Assembly: GCA_025059745.1 (NCBI GenBank)
Contig: JANXDH010000005.1
Span: forward strand, 141,150-205,149
DNA from: Aigarchaeota archaeon
GTDB lineage: Archaea > Thermoproteota > Nitrososphaeria_A > Caldarchaeales > Calditenuaceae
Direction: 5' to 3'
DNA length: 64,000 nucleotides
Shown here piece after piece: positions 46,121-55,614 of this stretch. The position numbers and the translations under genes are program-made. The notes below the pieces were generated by a model, which was not told the origin of the DNA, ran no database searches, and was given only the letters and a program-made list of their open reading frames with translations. Position 1 is the stretch's first letter; each line of letters begins with the position of its first letter.

Positions 46121-47362
46121 ATGAGATCGTTCGCGACACTGGCGATCTGGTCCAATGAGAGGATCCGATCAAAGCTAGACTGGTACTATAAGGTATCCAA
46201 CAACGTGCTCCCGGCGAAGTACCTCATATGCAGGCGGATAGCTGCACCAGACGACGTCTGGGACATGCAGGAGGACGAGCTCTGGAGGCTGCACGAGAGG
46301 CTATCGGCGGAGTTCGATCAGTTACGGGGGATGGTGCGAATGGGCAGGAGGGATCTTGGTGAGGAGGTCAGGCCGAATTTCCTATCAGTTAAGGTGGCCC
46401 TGACCAAGAAGATACTCTCACACTGTTACTTCTGTAGGTGGTACTGTAGGGTGGATCGGGTCGCAGGTAAGAAGCTGGGCGCGTGTCAACTGGGGGAGCA
46501 GTCTCGCGTCTCGAGCTACTTCCATCACACCGGTGAGGAACTGCCCATACGCGGAACACTGGGCAGCGGAACTATATTCTTTACCTCATGTAATATGAGG
46601 TGCGCCTTCTGTCAGAACAGCGACATATCGCACGACAAGGACAACGGCACAGTCTTCACACCCAGGATGCTTGCGTGGGCCGCGTGGCTCTTGAGAATGG
46701 AGGGCTGCCACAACGTGAACTTCGTGGGAGGGGAGCCCACCATTCACCTCCACAACATAGTCGAGGCGATCAGCCTCCTTAGGAACTTCAACGAGTTCAT
46801 GAGTAACGCCCTCATCGCGAAGGCTGATTACCTGCCCTACCCGATGAACCCGAGGTACTCTGATTACAGGGGGGAGTTCAACGTACCGATCCTCTGGAAC
46901 TCGAACATGTTCATGAGCAGGGAGGCGCTATTGATACTAAGGGAACTGGTCGACATATGGTTGCCCGACTTCAAATTCGGGAACAACAGGTGCGCCCTCT
47001 GGCTCTCGAGGACGCCTTGGTACCTCGAGACAGTCTCGACGAACCACAGGACGATCTACGAGTGGGGGGAGGACATCATAATAAGGCACCTCGTTATGCC
47101 AGGTCACATGGAGTGTTGCACCAAACCGGTCCTTAGGTGGATCAGCGAGAACATGCCTGACACCCCGGTCAACGTGATGGACCAGTACCACCCAGATGCT
47201 TACTGTAATCCAAACGACCCCAGATACGATAGCAGGTACGGGGACATGGCAAGGTACCCGACGAGAGACGAGATATATGCCGCCTACAAGTACGCCAAGG
47301 AGCTCGGGTTGAACTTCGATGATATAACTTTCGAGAAGTCGTTACGGCGGGTTACGCTGTGA
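46121..47362 (+). CDS. radical SAM protein, PflX-like (COG1313-type)
   Basis: 413 aa with the CNMRCAFCQN (CxxxCxxC) cluster, preceded by the Cys-rich CYFCRWYCRV...ACQLG segment. Confidence 0.7.
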   Translation: MRSFATLAIWSNERIRSKLDWYYKVSNNVLPAKYLICRRIAAPDDVWDMQEDELWRLHERLSAEFDQLRGMVRMGRRDLGEEVRPNFLSVKVALTKKILSHCYFCRWYCRVDRVAGKKLGACQLGEQSRVSSYFHHTGEELPIRGTLGSGTIFFTSCNMRCAFCQNSDISHDKDNGTVFTPRMLAWAAWLLRMEGCHNVNFVGGEPTIHLHNIVEAISLLRNFNEFMSNALIAKADYLPYPMNPRYSDYRGEFNVPILWNSNMFMSREALLILRELVDIWLPDFKFGNNRCALWLSRTPWYLETVSTNHRTIYEWGEDIIIRHLVMPGHMECCTKPVLRWISENMPDTPVNVMDQYHPDAYCNPNDPRYDSRYGDMARYPTRDEIYAAYKYAKELGLNFDDITFEKSLRRVTL

Positions 47363-47395
47363 GGGAGATAAAGAGGGGGCCACGGGTGTCTGCAA

Positions 47396-48187
47396 GTGTC
47401 TGAGGAGAGACCTGGTATCCGGCTGCCTGAGGTGGGAGAGCTGGTGGTTGCCACGGTCACTAAGGTAGACAGACACGGTGCGAGCGTCAGGTTGGATGAG
47501 TACAATAACCTCGAGGCGTACGTTCACATCTCAGAGATCTCGCTGAAATGGGTGAGGAACGTCAGGGATTTCCTCAGAGAGGGTCAGAAGACGATCCTGA
47601 AAGTGATAAGGAGCAACCCCCAAACGCTCCAGATCGACGCCTCGCTCCGGAGGGTCTCGCAAAAGGAGTTCGACAGCAAGATGTTAGAGTGGAATAGGAA
47701 GCAGAAGACCAAGAGGATGCTGGAGCTCTTCGTCGAGAAGACTAGGCTCTCTCCTGAGGATCTCAACAACAATCTACTCAAACCCGCTGAGGCCAGACAC
47801 ATCGACCTGTACAGGATGTTCGAGGAGATCGCGGCGGGAGAGCCGATACCTGATTGGGTAACGATACCTGATGACATGAAGGACGTGCTGGTCGAGTTGT
47901 GCAAGAAGGAGATAAAGAGGTCCGTCTCAGTCATCAAATACTGGGTCAAGTTAGAGGCGAGGAGGGCGGGCGTCCAAGCGATCAGGGAAGCTGCGTCACA
48001 CGTGATGAGTATGAACGAGAAGGGCGAGAGTGTCGTGATCACGATAATAGGTGCACCGAAGTATCTGCTGAGGGTGGAGGCCGCGGATGAAGAAAGAGCC
48101 AAGAGACTCGCTGATACGGCAGTGGAGGCGTTGAAGTCCAAACTCAACCCCCTGGGTGGCACCGTGGAGGTGTTGAAGGAGGGCTGA
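47396..48187 (+). CDS. translation initiation factor aIF2 alpha subunit
   Basis: 263 aa with the N-terminal S1 domain LPEVGELVVATVTKVDRHGASVRLDEYNNLEAYVHISEIS. The conserved aIF2alpha-nop10 gene order follows. Confidence 0.85.
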   Translation: MSEERPGIRLPEVGELVVATVTKVDRHGASVRLDEYNNLEAYVHISEISLKWVRNVRDFLREGQKTILKVIRSNPQTLQIDASLRRVSQKEFDSKMLEWNRKQKTKRMLELFVEKTRLSPEDLNNNLLKPAEARHIDLYRMFEEIAAGEPIPDWVTIPDDMKDVLVELCKKEIKRSVSVIKYWVKLEARRAGVQAIREAASHVMSMNEKGESVVITIIGAPKYLLRVEAADEERAKRLADTAVEALKSKLNPLGGTVEVLKEG

Positions 48188-48204
48188 AAGGGTCGGTGGG
48201 GATC

Positions 48205-48315
48205 ATGAGGTGTAAAAACTGCAAAGCCTACACTCTCCAAAGGGTGACCTGTCCCTACTGCGGGGGAGAGCTGAGTACGCCGCACCCCCCACGGTACATA
48301 GTCGTCAAAAAATAG
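48205..48315 (+). CDS. nop10: Nop10-like zinc-ribbon protein, unusually short (36 aa, not in ORF track)
   Basis: Own translation: MRCKNCKAYTLQRVTCPYCGGELSTPHPPRYIVVKK, with CxxC..CxxC and the HPPR(F/Y) motif. It is positioned between aIF2alpha and the PAC2-family gene, as in other archaea. Confidence 0.6.
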   Translation: MRCKNCKAYTLQRVTCPYCGGELSTPHPPRYIVVKK

Positions 48316-48382
48316 CCTCTCGCGGGACAGTTTAAGGGAAAAGCCTATATTGTTTGTATGCTCTATATCAACAAGATGGGTT

Positions 48383-49132
48383 ATGCAGACAGAGCTGGTC
48401 GAGCTTAAGAGGTTCAAACCATCGGATGAGCTCACCGTCATAGAGGTCGCCCCCTCAGTGGGAGTAATAGGCCTTTTGCTGGCTAACATCCTAGTAGAGT
48501 CCTTAGAGTCGGAGAAGGTAGCCGAGGTCTACTCGCCGTACTTCCCCCAGGTGAGCGTAGTCAATAACGAGGGCGTCTCCTCATTACCGAAGATCGAGAT
48601 ATACGCGCTCCATCCGAAGAAAGGAAAGGATATAGTGCTGATCTCCAGGAATTTCCCCATCGAGGGCACGACCGAGGGAGCAGAGGTATCCTCGTTGATA
48701 TTCAACTACCTTCACGGGCTCGGACAGGGTGAGCTGGTGACCATAACGAGCGGCCGGGTGACAGGGACCGGAGATGTATTCGCGGCATCGAACTCTATAG
48801 AGCAGAGCCGTCAGCTGGTCAAATTCGGTGCAAAAATAGCGCCCTCTATAGATAACCTACCTCTAGATAAGCTGTCCTCCTCACTGATGCTGAACTACAT
48901 GATAAGCTCTAGACCAGTCTATCTGATAATCTCAGACACCACGTCTTACGTACCCGATCTGATGCTAGTTAAGAAGACGCTCTCCGTCCTAACCAACTTC
49001 CTGAAGATAGAGGTGGATACGACAAAGTTAGACCAGGAGATAAAGCACCAACAGGAGCTGTTAGAGGAGTTCACCAAGTCGATGAGCGAACCGGGGAGGG
49101 GAACCGGTCTACCTCCATCATACATAGGCTAG
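48383..49132 (+). CDS. PAC2-family proteasome assembly chaperone-like protein (COG1938)
   Basis: Start taken at the internal ATG (MQTELVELKRF); TTG 48350 is an alternative. Motif APSVGVIGLLLANILVE and the conserved neighbourhood support the call. Confidence 0.65.
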   Translation: MQTELVELKRFKPSDELTVIEVAPSVGVIGLLLANILVESLESEKVAEVYSPYFPQVSVVNNEGVSSLPKIEIYALHPKKGKDIVLISRNFPIEGTTEGAEVSSLIFNYLHGLGQGELVTITSGRVTGTGDVFAASNSIEQSRQLVKFGAKIAPSIDNLPLDKLSSSLMLNYMISSRPVYLIISDTTSYVPDLMLVKKTLSVLTNFLKIEVDTTKLDQEIKHQQELLEEFTKSMSEPGRGTGLPPSYIG

Positions 49133-51237
49133 TCAATTATCTCGTATATGTACACGTACGCGAAACTCCCGTAGGGTGGGCTCGAGGAGAATACAAGCCT
49201 ATAATGTCTCAACGAGGACTCCTGATACAGGAACGCGTTCTGCTGGTTGACCACTTGAGGTTTGTAGGGTATCAGCAGCCCGAGGGTCGTACTCCTCCAG
49301 AACTCCTCCGTGGGATTGGTCGGGTCTCCCTGGGGCCCCAAGAGCCTACCCTCATCGATCTTCTTTATACCGAGGTACTCGCTCTCTTGATTAGCGATCT
49401 GCAACATCCAGACCCATTTCGACTCCTCACCGAAGCCGAGCAATCTCGGTGGCTCGCCCTGAGTTAGTACTCCATGGGTTACGAATATGAGCACGTGGGT
49501 GGCTCCCATCCCCCTGAAGACCCTGTAACTCTCGTTCTCCGGAGACATGAAGGCGTAGGCGACCCTCGCTATTCTCTTACTGTCTATGGTGGTGTTGTCT
49601 ATCAAGGAGGTCTTGTTCCCCACGATCGATATCCAATTCCCGTAGTCCCACCACGCGGCTACCACCGCATTCGATGGGAGGTTATCGCGCATCCAACTCA
49701 CGGCCTTTATCCAATCGGGCAGTATCTGTCTAATGGGGATCGTTGAGGTAGCGAGGGTGGGCGGCAATGATGCCGCGTCTATGGGACTTAACCCCACTCT
49801 CCCGCCGACCCCGACAGGTTGATAGTACAACGCCAGCGCGATCAGTATTATCAGGGGAACTATTATGAGAGAACGCGGAGGGTTGAACACGAATGGTCTC
49901 CCCTTGATCCTACTTAACGACCTCGAGCCTATTGATAGCATCTCGGATATGGTGAAACCCGCGACCATCGCTACCGCAGGCGACGTTAGTAGTACCAGCC
50001 TGACCATAGAAGCTGCAAAGTATACCGCGAAGAGCGTGTAGGCAGCTATGAAGATATCGATGTCCCTGCCTCTCTTCACCATCATGTAGATGCCGTACGG
50101 GACCAGCACTATCATCGGTCCGAAGTCTTGAAAGATGGACGCCCAGACGCTCACCTGATTCTCAGCTACCGAGATGACTATGGCTAGGTCGCCCCTAGCC
50201 CAGGGAAGGAGCACCGATAGGAACTTTAGGCCAGGTAGACCTATTACGCCCCCCATTATCACCGCTAAAATACCGAGTATGAAGACGATCGCAAGGCCTC
50301 GCACATACACCGTGGCTCTCTCGATATCGAACCTCCTCCTCAAGAGCTCCGTCACGATCAAGAACCCTAGTACGAAGAGACCAACCGAGATGCTCAACTC
50401 GTTCAGGTAACCCAGACCGAGTTTGGGGACGTTGACGAGTATTAGGGAGTACGTGACGACCATTGGAGCATAAGCGTAAAGGAGGTTCGTCCTATACCTC
50501 CCGAGCACTAAGAGCAGGAAGGCGAAGAAGGGTAAGAACGCTATGGGGAACCTATGAGCACCCCACGAGGCACCCATGTACCCTAGGAGTCCACCCGATA
50601 ACAACCCTAAGAGGACCGACCTCCTGAAGCTGTTCTCCTCCCGTATAGCGAGGAGGAAAGTGAGGTAGCCCGCCAGCATCAGAGGTATCGAGAGGCTCTC
50701 GTCATCGAACCACCCGTAGTGCGTCCTCTGTATGTGTGCGGAGCTGATGGTGATCAGAAGAGCCGACGCAATCGCCGCTCGACCTCCGAAGGCGTACCGC
50801 GAGAAGAGGAAGACCACGAGTACGGTGATCACACCATAGACGACGGGAAGGACGGCTGCCAACTCCAGAGGCTCTACCCTGATGCCTATCGAAGAGAGTA
50901 GAAGGTAGATGAACGCCATCGTGAAGCCCACGCCGGGGTAGAACGTGCTTCCTGCGTTGAGCCCCGTCGGGTACCAGCTTTTAGGCTCCACCCAGTCGGC
51001 GAACTCAAAGAACCCTCCCCAACCGTGGCTTATTACGAAGGACGCCACCCTGAAGTGCCACCAGGGGTCGAACTCCGTCAGCATCACGCCCCACCTCGCG
51101 GGCAAAGAGCGTATGACGAAAGCGAGCGTCAGTATCAAGAGGAGCAGGCCTATCTCCAACGTTGTCCTTCGTATCACACCCCCTCCCTCTATCAGCTTCA
51201 GTACTTCGGGGACCCTCCGCAGCCTCGAGGTTAACAA
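49129..51237 (-). CDS. aglB: dolichyl-phosphooligosaccharide-protein glycotransferase AglB (STT3)
   Basis: 702 aa, 13 TM, with the N-terminal DPWWHFR (DxD-like loop) and the catalytic WWDYGNW motif. Confidence 0.85.
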   Translation of the reverse strand: MLTSRLRRVPEVLKLIEGGGVIRRTTLEIGLLLLILTLAFVIRSLPARWGVMLTEFDPWWHFRVASFVISHGWGGFFEFADWVEPKSWYPTGLNAGSTFYPGVGFTMAFIYLLLSSIGIRVEPLELAAVLPVVYGVITVLVVFLFSRYAFGGRAAIASALLITISSAHIQRTHYGWFDDESLSIPLMLAGYLTFLLAIREENSFRRSVLLGLLSGGLLGYMGASWGAHRFPIAFLPFFAFLLLVLGRYRTNLLYAYAPMVVTYSLILVNVPKLGLGYLNELSISVGLFVLGFLIVTELLRRRFDIERATVYVRGLAIVFILGILAVIMGGVIGLPGLKFLSVLLPWARGDLAIVISVAENQVSVWASIFQDFGPMIVLVPYGIYMMVKRGRDIDIFIAAYTLFAVYFAASMVRLVLLTSPAVAMVAGFTISEMLSIGSRSLSRIKGRPFVFNPPRSLIIVPLIILIALALYYQPVGVGGRVGLSPIDAASLPPTLATSTIPIRQILPDWIKAVSWMRDNLPSNAVVAAWWDYGNWISIVGNKTSLIDNTTIDSKRIARVAYAFMSPENESYRVFRGMGATHVLIFVTHGVLTQGEPPRLLGFGEESKWVWMLQIANQESEYLGIKKIDEGRLLGPQGDPTNPTEEFWRSTTLGLLIPYKPQVVNQQNAFLYQESSLRHYRLVFSSSPPYGSFAYVYIYEIID

Positions 51238-51394
51238 GTCCGGTTAAACTTTGAGCACCCCGTCCTATATAGGTTGTACCTTTACGTCACCGCGTGACTT
51301 CAACAGTTTACGCAACTAAAACCTTATCAGAACGCGAGACGACGTCTGAAGGAGGGCAATAGATTAAGAATTCGATCGACCGTATCACACATCA

Positions 51395-51469
51395 GGGCCC
51401 GTAGCTCAGTCAGGACAGAGCACCGGGCTTTTAACCCGGGGGTCGCGGGTTCAAATCCCGCCGGGCCCG
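51395..51469 (+). tRNA. tRNA-Lys(UUU)
   Basis: GGGCCCG-UA-GCUCAGUCAGGACAGAGC-A-CCGGG-CUUUUAA-CCCGG-GGGUC-GCGGG-UUCAAAU-CCCGC-CGGGCCC-G. Confidence 0.85.
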
Positions 51470-51772
51470 AACGACACGTAAGAATGTAACCACACCTCTC
51501 AAAGGTCGCTACATGGAGTAGCTCAGTCATCAGAACGCATGAGTTTAACGGAGTAGACGAACTATCTTTGTACGTGCATATACGGCCGTTTCTGTACTGT
51601 CTTGTGAAGTGATACTTTCTTATACAATGCGTCTAACCAAAACCACGGGATAGATCACGAGAGGAATTAGTGTAGTCGTTTGTATATTTTCTAATTCAAT
51701 TATATATTTTTTTATACGAAACATCATGACAAAATAAATTTTATGTTCTAGCATTAGAATAACTATAACGAC

Positions 51773-53278
51773 GTGCAATCAGGATTTTTGGACGAAAGGA
51801 GGGTAGAAAAACCGGATAGGTTATTGAGGTGGTCAATTAACTCGTTAATCATTGCGTTTCTATCGCTTTTGTTAATGAACTCAGTTTGGGCGAGTGGAGA
51901 CCTGATATACGCTGACGTGCCGGGCAACCCCCCTAGAGGCGCGGTTCCCAATAAGAAGTTTCTTTTGATAGCCGGTGAGACGGACGTGTATATCGATGAT
52001 GAAATACTTTACAAGGCATGGACATTTAACGGAACGGTGCCTGGACCACTTATCTACGTTGAAGAGGGTGACTTAGTGGAGATTACTATTAAGAACAATG
52101 GCAAATATACTCACGGGGCATCGATCCATGCAGCAAACACCCAGACGTCAATATTCGTAGGCAACGTACCCCCTGGGCAGTCAAAAAGTTTGGTCTTCAA
52201 GGCTGATTTCCCGGGGGTTTACATGTATCACTGTGCTCCGGGCGGTCACGGTATTCTAACTCATACGATGGCGGGCATGTACGGCATGATAGTAGTGGAA
52301 CCGAAAAAAGCGAAGTACAAGTTACAAGAAGAGTTAGGTAAGGCACCCGACCTCCTAGTCTTCCTTATCCAGCACGAGATATATCAAAACGGACAGGACT
52401 TTGTCGACGGTACTCCGACCTACGTTCTGTTTAATGGCAAGGTCTTTAGATACCTCACAGATCCGATAAAAGCAAGGCCAGGCGATTACGTCAGGTTTTA
52501 TTTCCTCAACGTGGGACCGAACTCAGTTTCGAGCTTTCACGCGGTGGGAGGTATTTGGGAGTACGTATATCATGGTGGCAATCCGTATAATATCGAGAGG
52601 GGTCTCCAGACCGTAACCGTAGGTCCTACCGACTCTTATGTAATAGAGTGGCGTGTACCCTCTGAGGGCAACTTCCTGCTGGTGACTCATGCCTTCGGTA
52701 CACAGACTCTGAAGGGCGCCGCAGGATACCTCTCATCCGACGCTAAAAATGAGAGGACAAGTATAATCTTACCAAGCGGCCCCTTGGCAAAGCAACCTCA
52801 ATCCGTGAAAAGGGTAATTGCACCTTTTGAGCCAACCGATGAAGACCGCACAGGCATGGTAGTCTATCCCCCTGGGTCTCCGATTTTAATAAGGATCATT
52901 GGGAACACCTACTATCCGAAAATAGCGAAGGTCCCTCTAGGATCGCAAGTTAGGTGGGTTAACGAGGACGTGTTGAGCATCGGTTCCGGAGAAGTTACGG
53001 GTCAGCACAACATAGCAATAGTTTCTGGACCATCGGTCTTCGCATCAGAACTCCTGAAGAACGCAGAGAGCTTTACCTACGTCTTTAATAGAGAAGGCGA
53101 GTACAAGTACATCTGCGGAATACATCCCTACATGAAGGGTGAGGTAATCGTTTATACTCCAAGCGTTGTGGGAGGCGGGGCATCATTCGATATTACGTCA
53201 TTTTTAGCGTTTGTAGTGGGCCTCGCTGTACTCCTCTCCTACCTAGTATTAGGATTCAGGCAACGATCATCCAAATGA
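51773..53278 (+). CDS. copper-containing nitrite reductase (NirK)-like protein with extra C-terminal amicyanin-like cupredoxin domain and C-terminal TM anchor
   Basis: 501 aa with HGASIHAA (aligns to NirK HNIDFHAA), YMYHCAPGGHGILTHTMAGMYGMIVVEP (T1 Cys/His/Met), FHAVGG and LVTHAF. The C-terminal domain has QHNIAI ... YICGIHPYMKG. There is an N-terminal signal/anchor and a C-terminal hydrophobic helix. An alternative TTG start lies at 51824. Confidence 0.7.
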   Translation: MQSGFLDERRVEKPDRLLRWSINSLIIAFLSLLLMNSVWASGDLIYADVPGNPPRGAVPNKKFLLIAGETDVYIDDEILYKAWTFNGTVPGPLIYVEEGDLVEITIKNNGKYTHGASIHAANTQTSIFVGNVPPGQSKSLVFKADFPGVYMYHCAPGGHGILTHTMAGMYGMIVVEPKKAKYKLQEELGKAPDLLVFLIQHEIYQNGQDFVDGTPTYVLFNGKVFRYLTDPIKARPGDYVRFYFLNVGPNSVSSFHAVGGIWEYVYHGGNPYNIERGLQTVTVGPTDSYVIEWRVPSEGNFLLVTHAFGTQTLKGAAGYLSSDAKNERTSIILPSGPLAKQPQSVKRVIAPFEPTDEDRTGMVVYPPGSPILIRIIGNTYYPKIAKVPLGSQVRWVNEDVLSIGSGEVTGQHNIAIVSGPSVFASELLKNAESFTYVFNREGEYKYICGIHPYMKGEVIVYTPSVVGGGASFDITSFLAFVVGLAVLLSYLVLGFRQRSSK

Positions 53279-53901
53279 GACGAAAAATATACTTAGTTGT
53301 TTTTTCAATCATCCTCTTTTCACTCGCGATTCTGCTCTTTAATTATTACTGGTCTAGACCCTCTGACACGAAGAATATCACCGAGGTCATTAGCGGCCGT
53401 CAGTTACCCGATTTCACCCTTATTGACCAGTACAACAACGATTTCAGTTTAGCGAAAGTTAAAGGTAGGCCGATTATATTATTCTTTGGGTACACTAATT
53501 GTCCGGACGTGTGCCCATACGCAATGATGAAAATCTCGGAGTCATTGAGGGAATCTATGAAGCTCTTGAATAGAGATGTAGAATCCTTTGCGGTGATCTT
53601 CATCACGGTGGATCCCTTACGTGATACCCCCCAAGTTCTCTCGCTATGGGCCTCTAAGTACTATGCCTATACTATCGCTCTCACTGGCGACTTGGAGGAG
53701 CTGAAGAGAGTCTGGACCATATACGGTGTTGTCAGGGCTGAAGACTACGATGAAATCTCTATCGTAGGAGGCTACTATTTCATCAGCCATAGTGCAGTTA
53801 TATACGTAGCGGACAAAAATCACATCCTTAGGTATATTTTAACCCCTGAGACGAGTATAGATGAATTTAAACGAGCTTTGCTCGACGTTTTGAGGTCATG
53901 A
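53275..53901 (+). CDS. SCO1/SenC copper chaperone (thioredoxin fold)
   Basis: 208 aa with an N-terminal TM, the CxxxC motif YTNCPDVCP and the conserved His in FISHSAVIYV. The ATGA overlap with the upstream gene suggests translational coupling. Confidence 0.8.
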   Translation: MRRKIYLVVFSIILFSLAILLFNYYWSRPSDTKNITEVISGRQLPDFTLIDQYNNDFSLAKVKGRPIILFFGYTNCPDVCPYAMMKISESLRESMKLLNRDVESFAVIFITVDPLRDTPQVLSLWASKYYAYTIALTGDLEELKRVWTIYGVVRAEDYDEISIVGGYYFISHSAVIYVADKNHILRYILTPETSIDEFKRALLDVLRS

Positions 53902-54051
53902 CGACCGAGTAGTCATATAAACAGTAAGGAACCCGATGTAAAACAAAACACTACTCGATCAGTAATTTCATTCAATCACAATAACTGATGGAGAGGTTAG
54001 TTTATATGATAGTCTTTGAGTGATATCGAGAGGTGAGAAGAACTAGGGGTC

Positions 54052-55266
54052 ATGGTTACTCTAATATGTAGGGAATGCAATGATGACAAAGGCCACGCAT
54101 TCGTCCACGTCTGTAGCGATTGCTTTGGCGCGCTGGAGGTTCAATATGATCTATCTAAAGTCAGGCTCAACAGAGAGGTGTTGGCGAACAGATATCCATC
54201 GATGTGGAAGTACAAGGAGCTCTTACCTATCGTCGATGACTCAAAGATCGTTGATATAGGTGCAGGTAACACCCCCCTCATTAGAGCTGACAAACTAGCA
54301 AAGAAGATAGGCGTGAAAAGGTTATACCTGAAGAACGATACCACGAACCCGACCTACAGCTTCAAGGATAGGCCGTCTAGCGTAGCGATATCGAAGGCTC
54401 TAGAGTTCAAGTTGAGTACCGTTGGTTGCGCATCAACGGGTAACTTAGCAGGTGCGACCGCTGCACACGCAGCTAAGGCCGGGATTGACTGTCTGGTCTT
54501 CATGCCAGTGAGCGTAGAGCAGTCGAAGGTACAACAGGCAGCAATTTACGGAGCAAGGGTCGTCCTGATAAGGGGGACTTATGACGACGTCAATAGGCTG
54601 GCAGCTTTGGCCGCAGACAGGTTCGGGATAGGCATAGTGAACGTAAACCTAAGGCCTTACTACGTCGAGGGGTCCAAGACGATGGCTTTTGAGATAGTCG
54701 AGCAGTTGGGGTGGAGGACCCCCGATCGGATAGTGGTGCCCACTGCAAGCGGTGCTCTATTATCGGCCCTTTACAAGGGTTTGAAGGAGGCCGAACAGAT
54801 CGGTCTCTTAAAGGAGTCCAACGCGGCCATGACGGTTGCTCAGCCCTTGGGGTGCTCACCGATAGTTGAGGCCTTCAGGAACAATTACTCGGAGATCAGG
54901 ACCGTCACTACTCCCTCTACCATAGTTCAGAGCTTGGCAATAGGTGACCCGGGAGACGGTTATCAGGCGTTGAAGGTGGTCAGGGAGAGCGGTGGGTCGT
55001 GTGGTGCGGTAACGGACGTTGAGGCTCTCAAGGCCGTAGAGCTGTTGGCATCGACTGAGGGCGTATTTGCGGAGGTTGGAGGCGCGATAAGCATCGCGGT
55101 ACTCAAGAGGTTGGTGGATGAGGGAGAGGTCGGGAGAGACGAGGAAGTGGTGTGTTGCGTTACTGGCAGCGGTTTCAAGACCATCGATGTCCTACCGCGA
55201 CCCGAGAACATAACGACCATTGACGCTAAGTTCGATCAGTTGAGCGGACTGTTACGTACATCGTGA
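54052..55266 (+). CDS. thrC: threonine synthase-family PLP enzyme with N-terminal zinc ribbon
   Basis: 404 aa with CRECN...CSDCFG at the N-terminus, PLP-lysine motif NPTYSFKDRPSS, and GCASTGNLAG. Confidence 0.8.
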   Translation: MVTLICRECNDDKGHAFVHVCSDCFGALEVQYDLSKVRLNREVLANRYPSMWKYKELLPIVDDSKIVDIGAGNTPLIRADKLAKKIGVKRLYLKNDTTNPTYSFKDRPSSVAISKALEFKLSTVGCASTGNLAGATAAHAAKAGIDCLVFMPVSVEQSKVQQAAIYGARVVLIRGTYDDVNRLAALAADRFGIGIVNVNLRPYYVEGSKTMAFEIVEQLGWRTPDRIVVPTASGALLSALYKGLKEAEQIGLLKESNAAMTVAQPLGCSPIVEAFRNNYSEIRTVTTPSTIVQSLAIGDPGDGYQALKVVRESGGSCGAVTDVEALKAVELLASTEGVFAEVGGAISIAVLKRLVDEGEVGRDEEVVCCVTGSGFKTIDVLPRPENITTIDAKFDQLSGLLRTS

Positions 55267-55329
55267 TCCCGTTCGTGACATCACGGAAGGGTTAATAATA
55301 CCTCTTCGGTCTTATACCACAGCAAAGTT

Positions 55330-55614
55330 ATGGCAAAGGTAAGAGTGCTGGTTACCTCAGCTTTAGCCACCTACATGAACAATGAGAGGGAGGTCACAGT
55401 CGAGGCCGACAGCGTCAGGGAGTTGTTGAACAAGCTGGCAAACAGGTACGGGAGTCAATTATCAACTAGGTTACTAGATGAGTCGGGGAACCTCAGGAGG
55501 TACATAAATATCTACATCAATGACAGGAACATCAGGGGCGCCGAGATCGACCAGAAGTTGAACGAGGGGGATGAGGTTTTAATATTGCCCGCGGTATCGG
55601 GTGGTGAGCTGTGA
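55330..55614 (+). CDS. MoaD/ThiS-family ubiquitin-like beta-grasp protein (archaeal MoaD/SAMP type) with capped di-glycine
   Basis: 94 aa with YINIYINDRNIR...LNEGDEVLILPAVSGG, followed by two extra residues (EL) before the stop. Confidence 0.7.
   Translation: MAKVRVLVTSALATYMNNEREVTVEADSVRELLNKLANRYGSQLSTRLLDESGNLRRYINIYINDRNIRGAEIDQKLNEGDEVLILPAVSGGEL

Noticed and set aside
47584-48489. 301-aa minus-strand ORF spanning the antisense of aIF2-alpha, Nop10 and the PAC2 upstream region
   Set aside because: It has a Ser/Leu/Thr-rich low-complexity translation, typical of the antisense frame of a Lys/Glu-rich gene. The sense strand carries three confidently recognised, syntenic genes. I recognised no motif.
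51470-54051. Integrated mobile element at tRNA-Lys (searched for an integrase, and for a direct repeat of the tRNA 3' end at the distal border)
   Set aside because: There is no integrase or recombinase ORF, and I could not find a copy of the tRNA 3' segment (gggttcaaatcccgccgggcccg) near 53.9-54.05 kb. It is kept only as a compositional islet hypothesis, not called as a mobile element.
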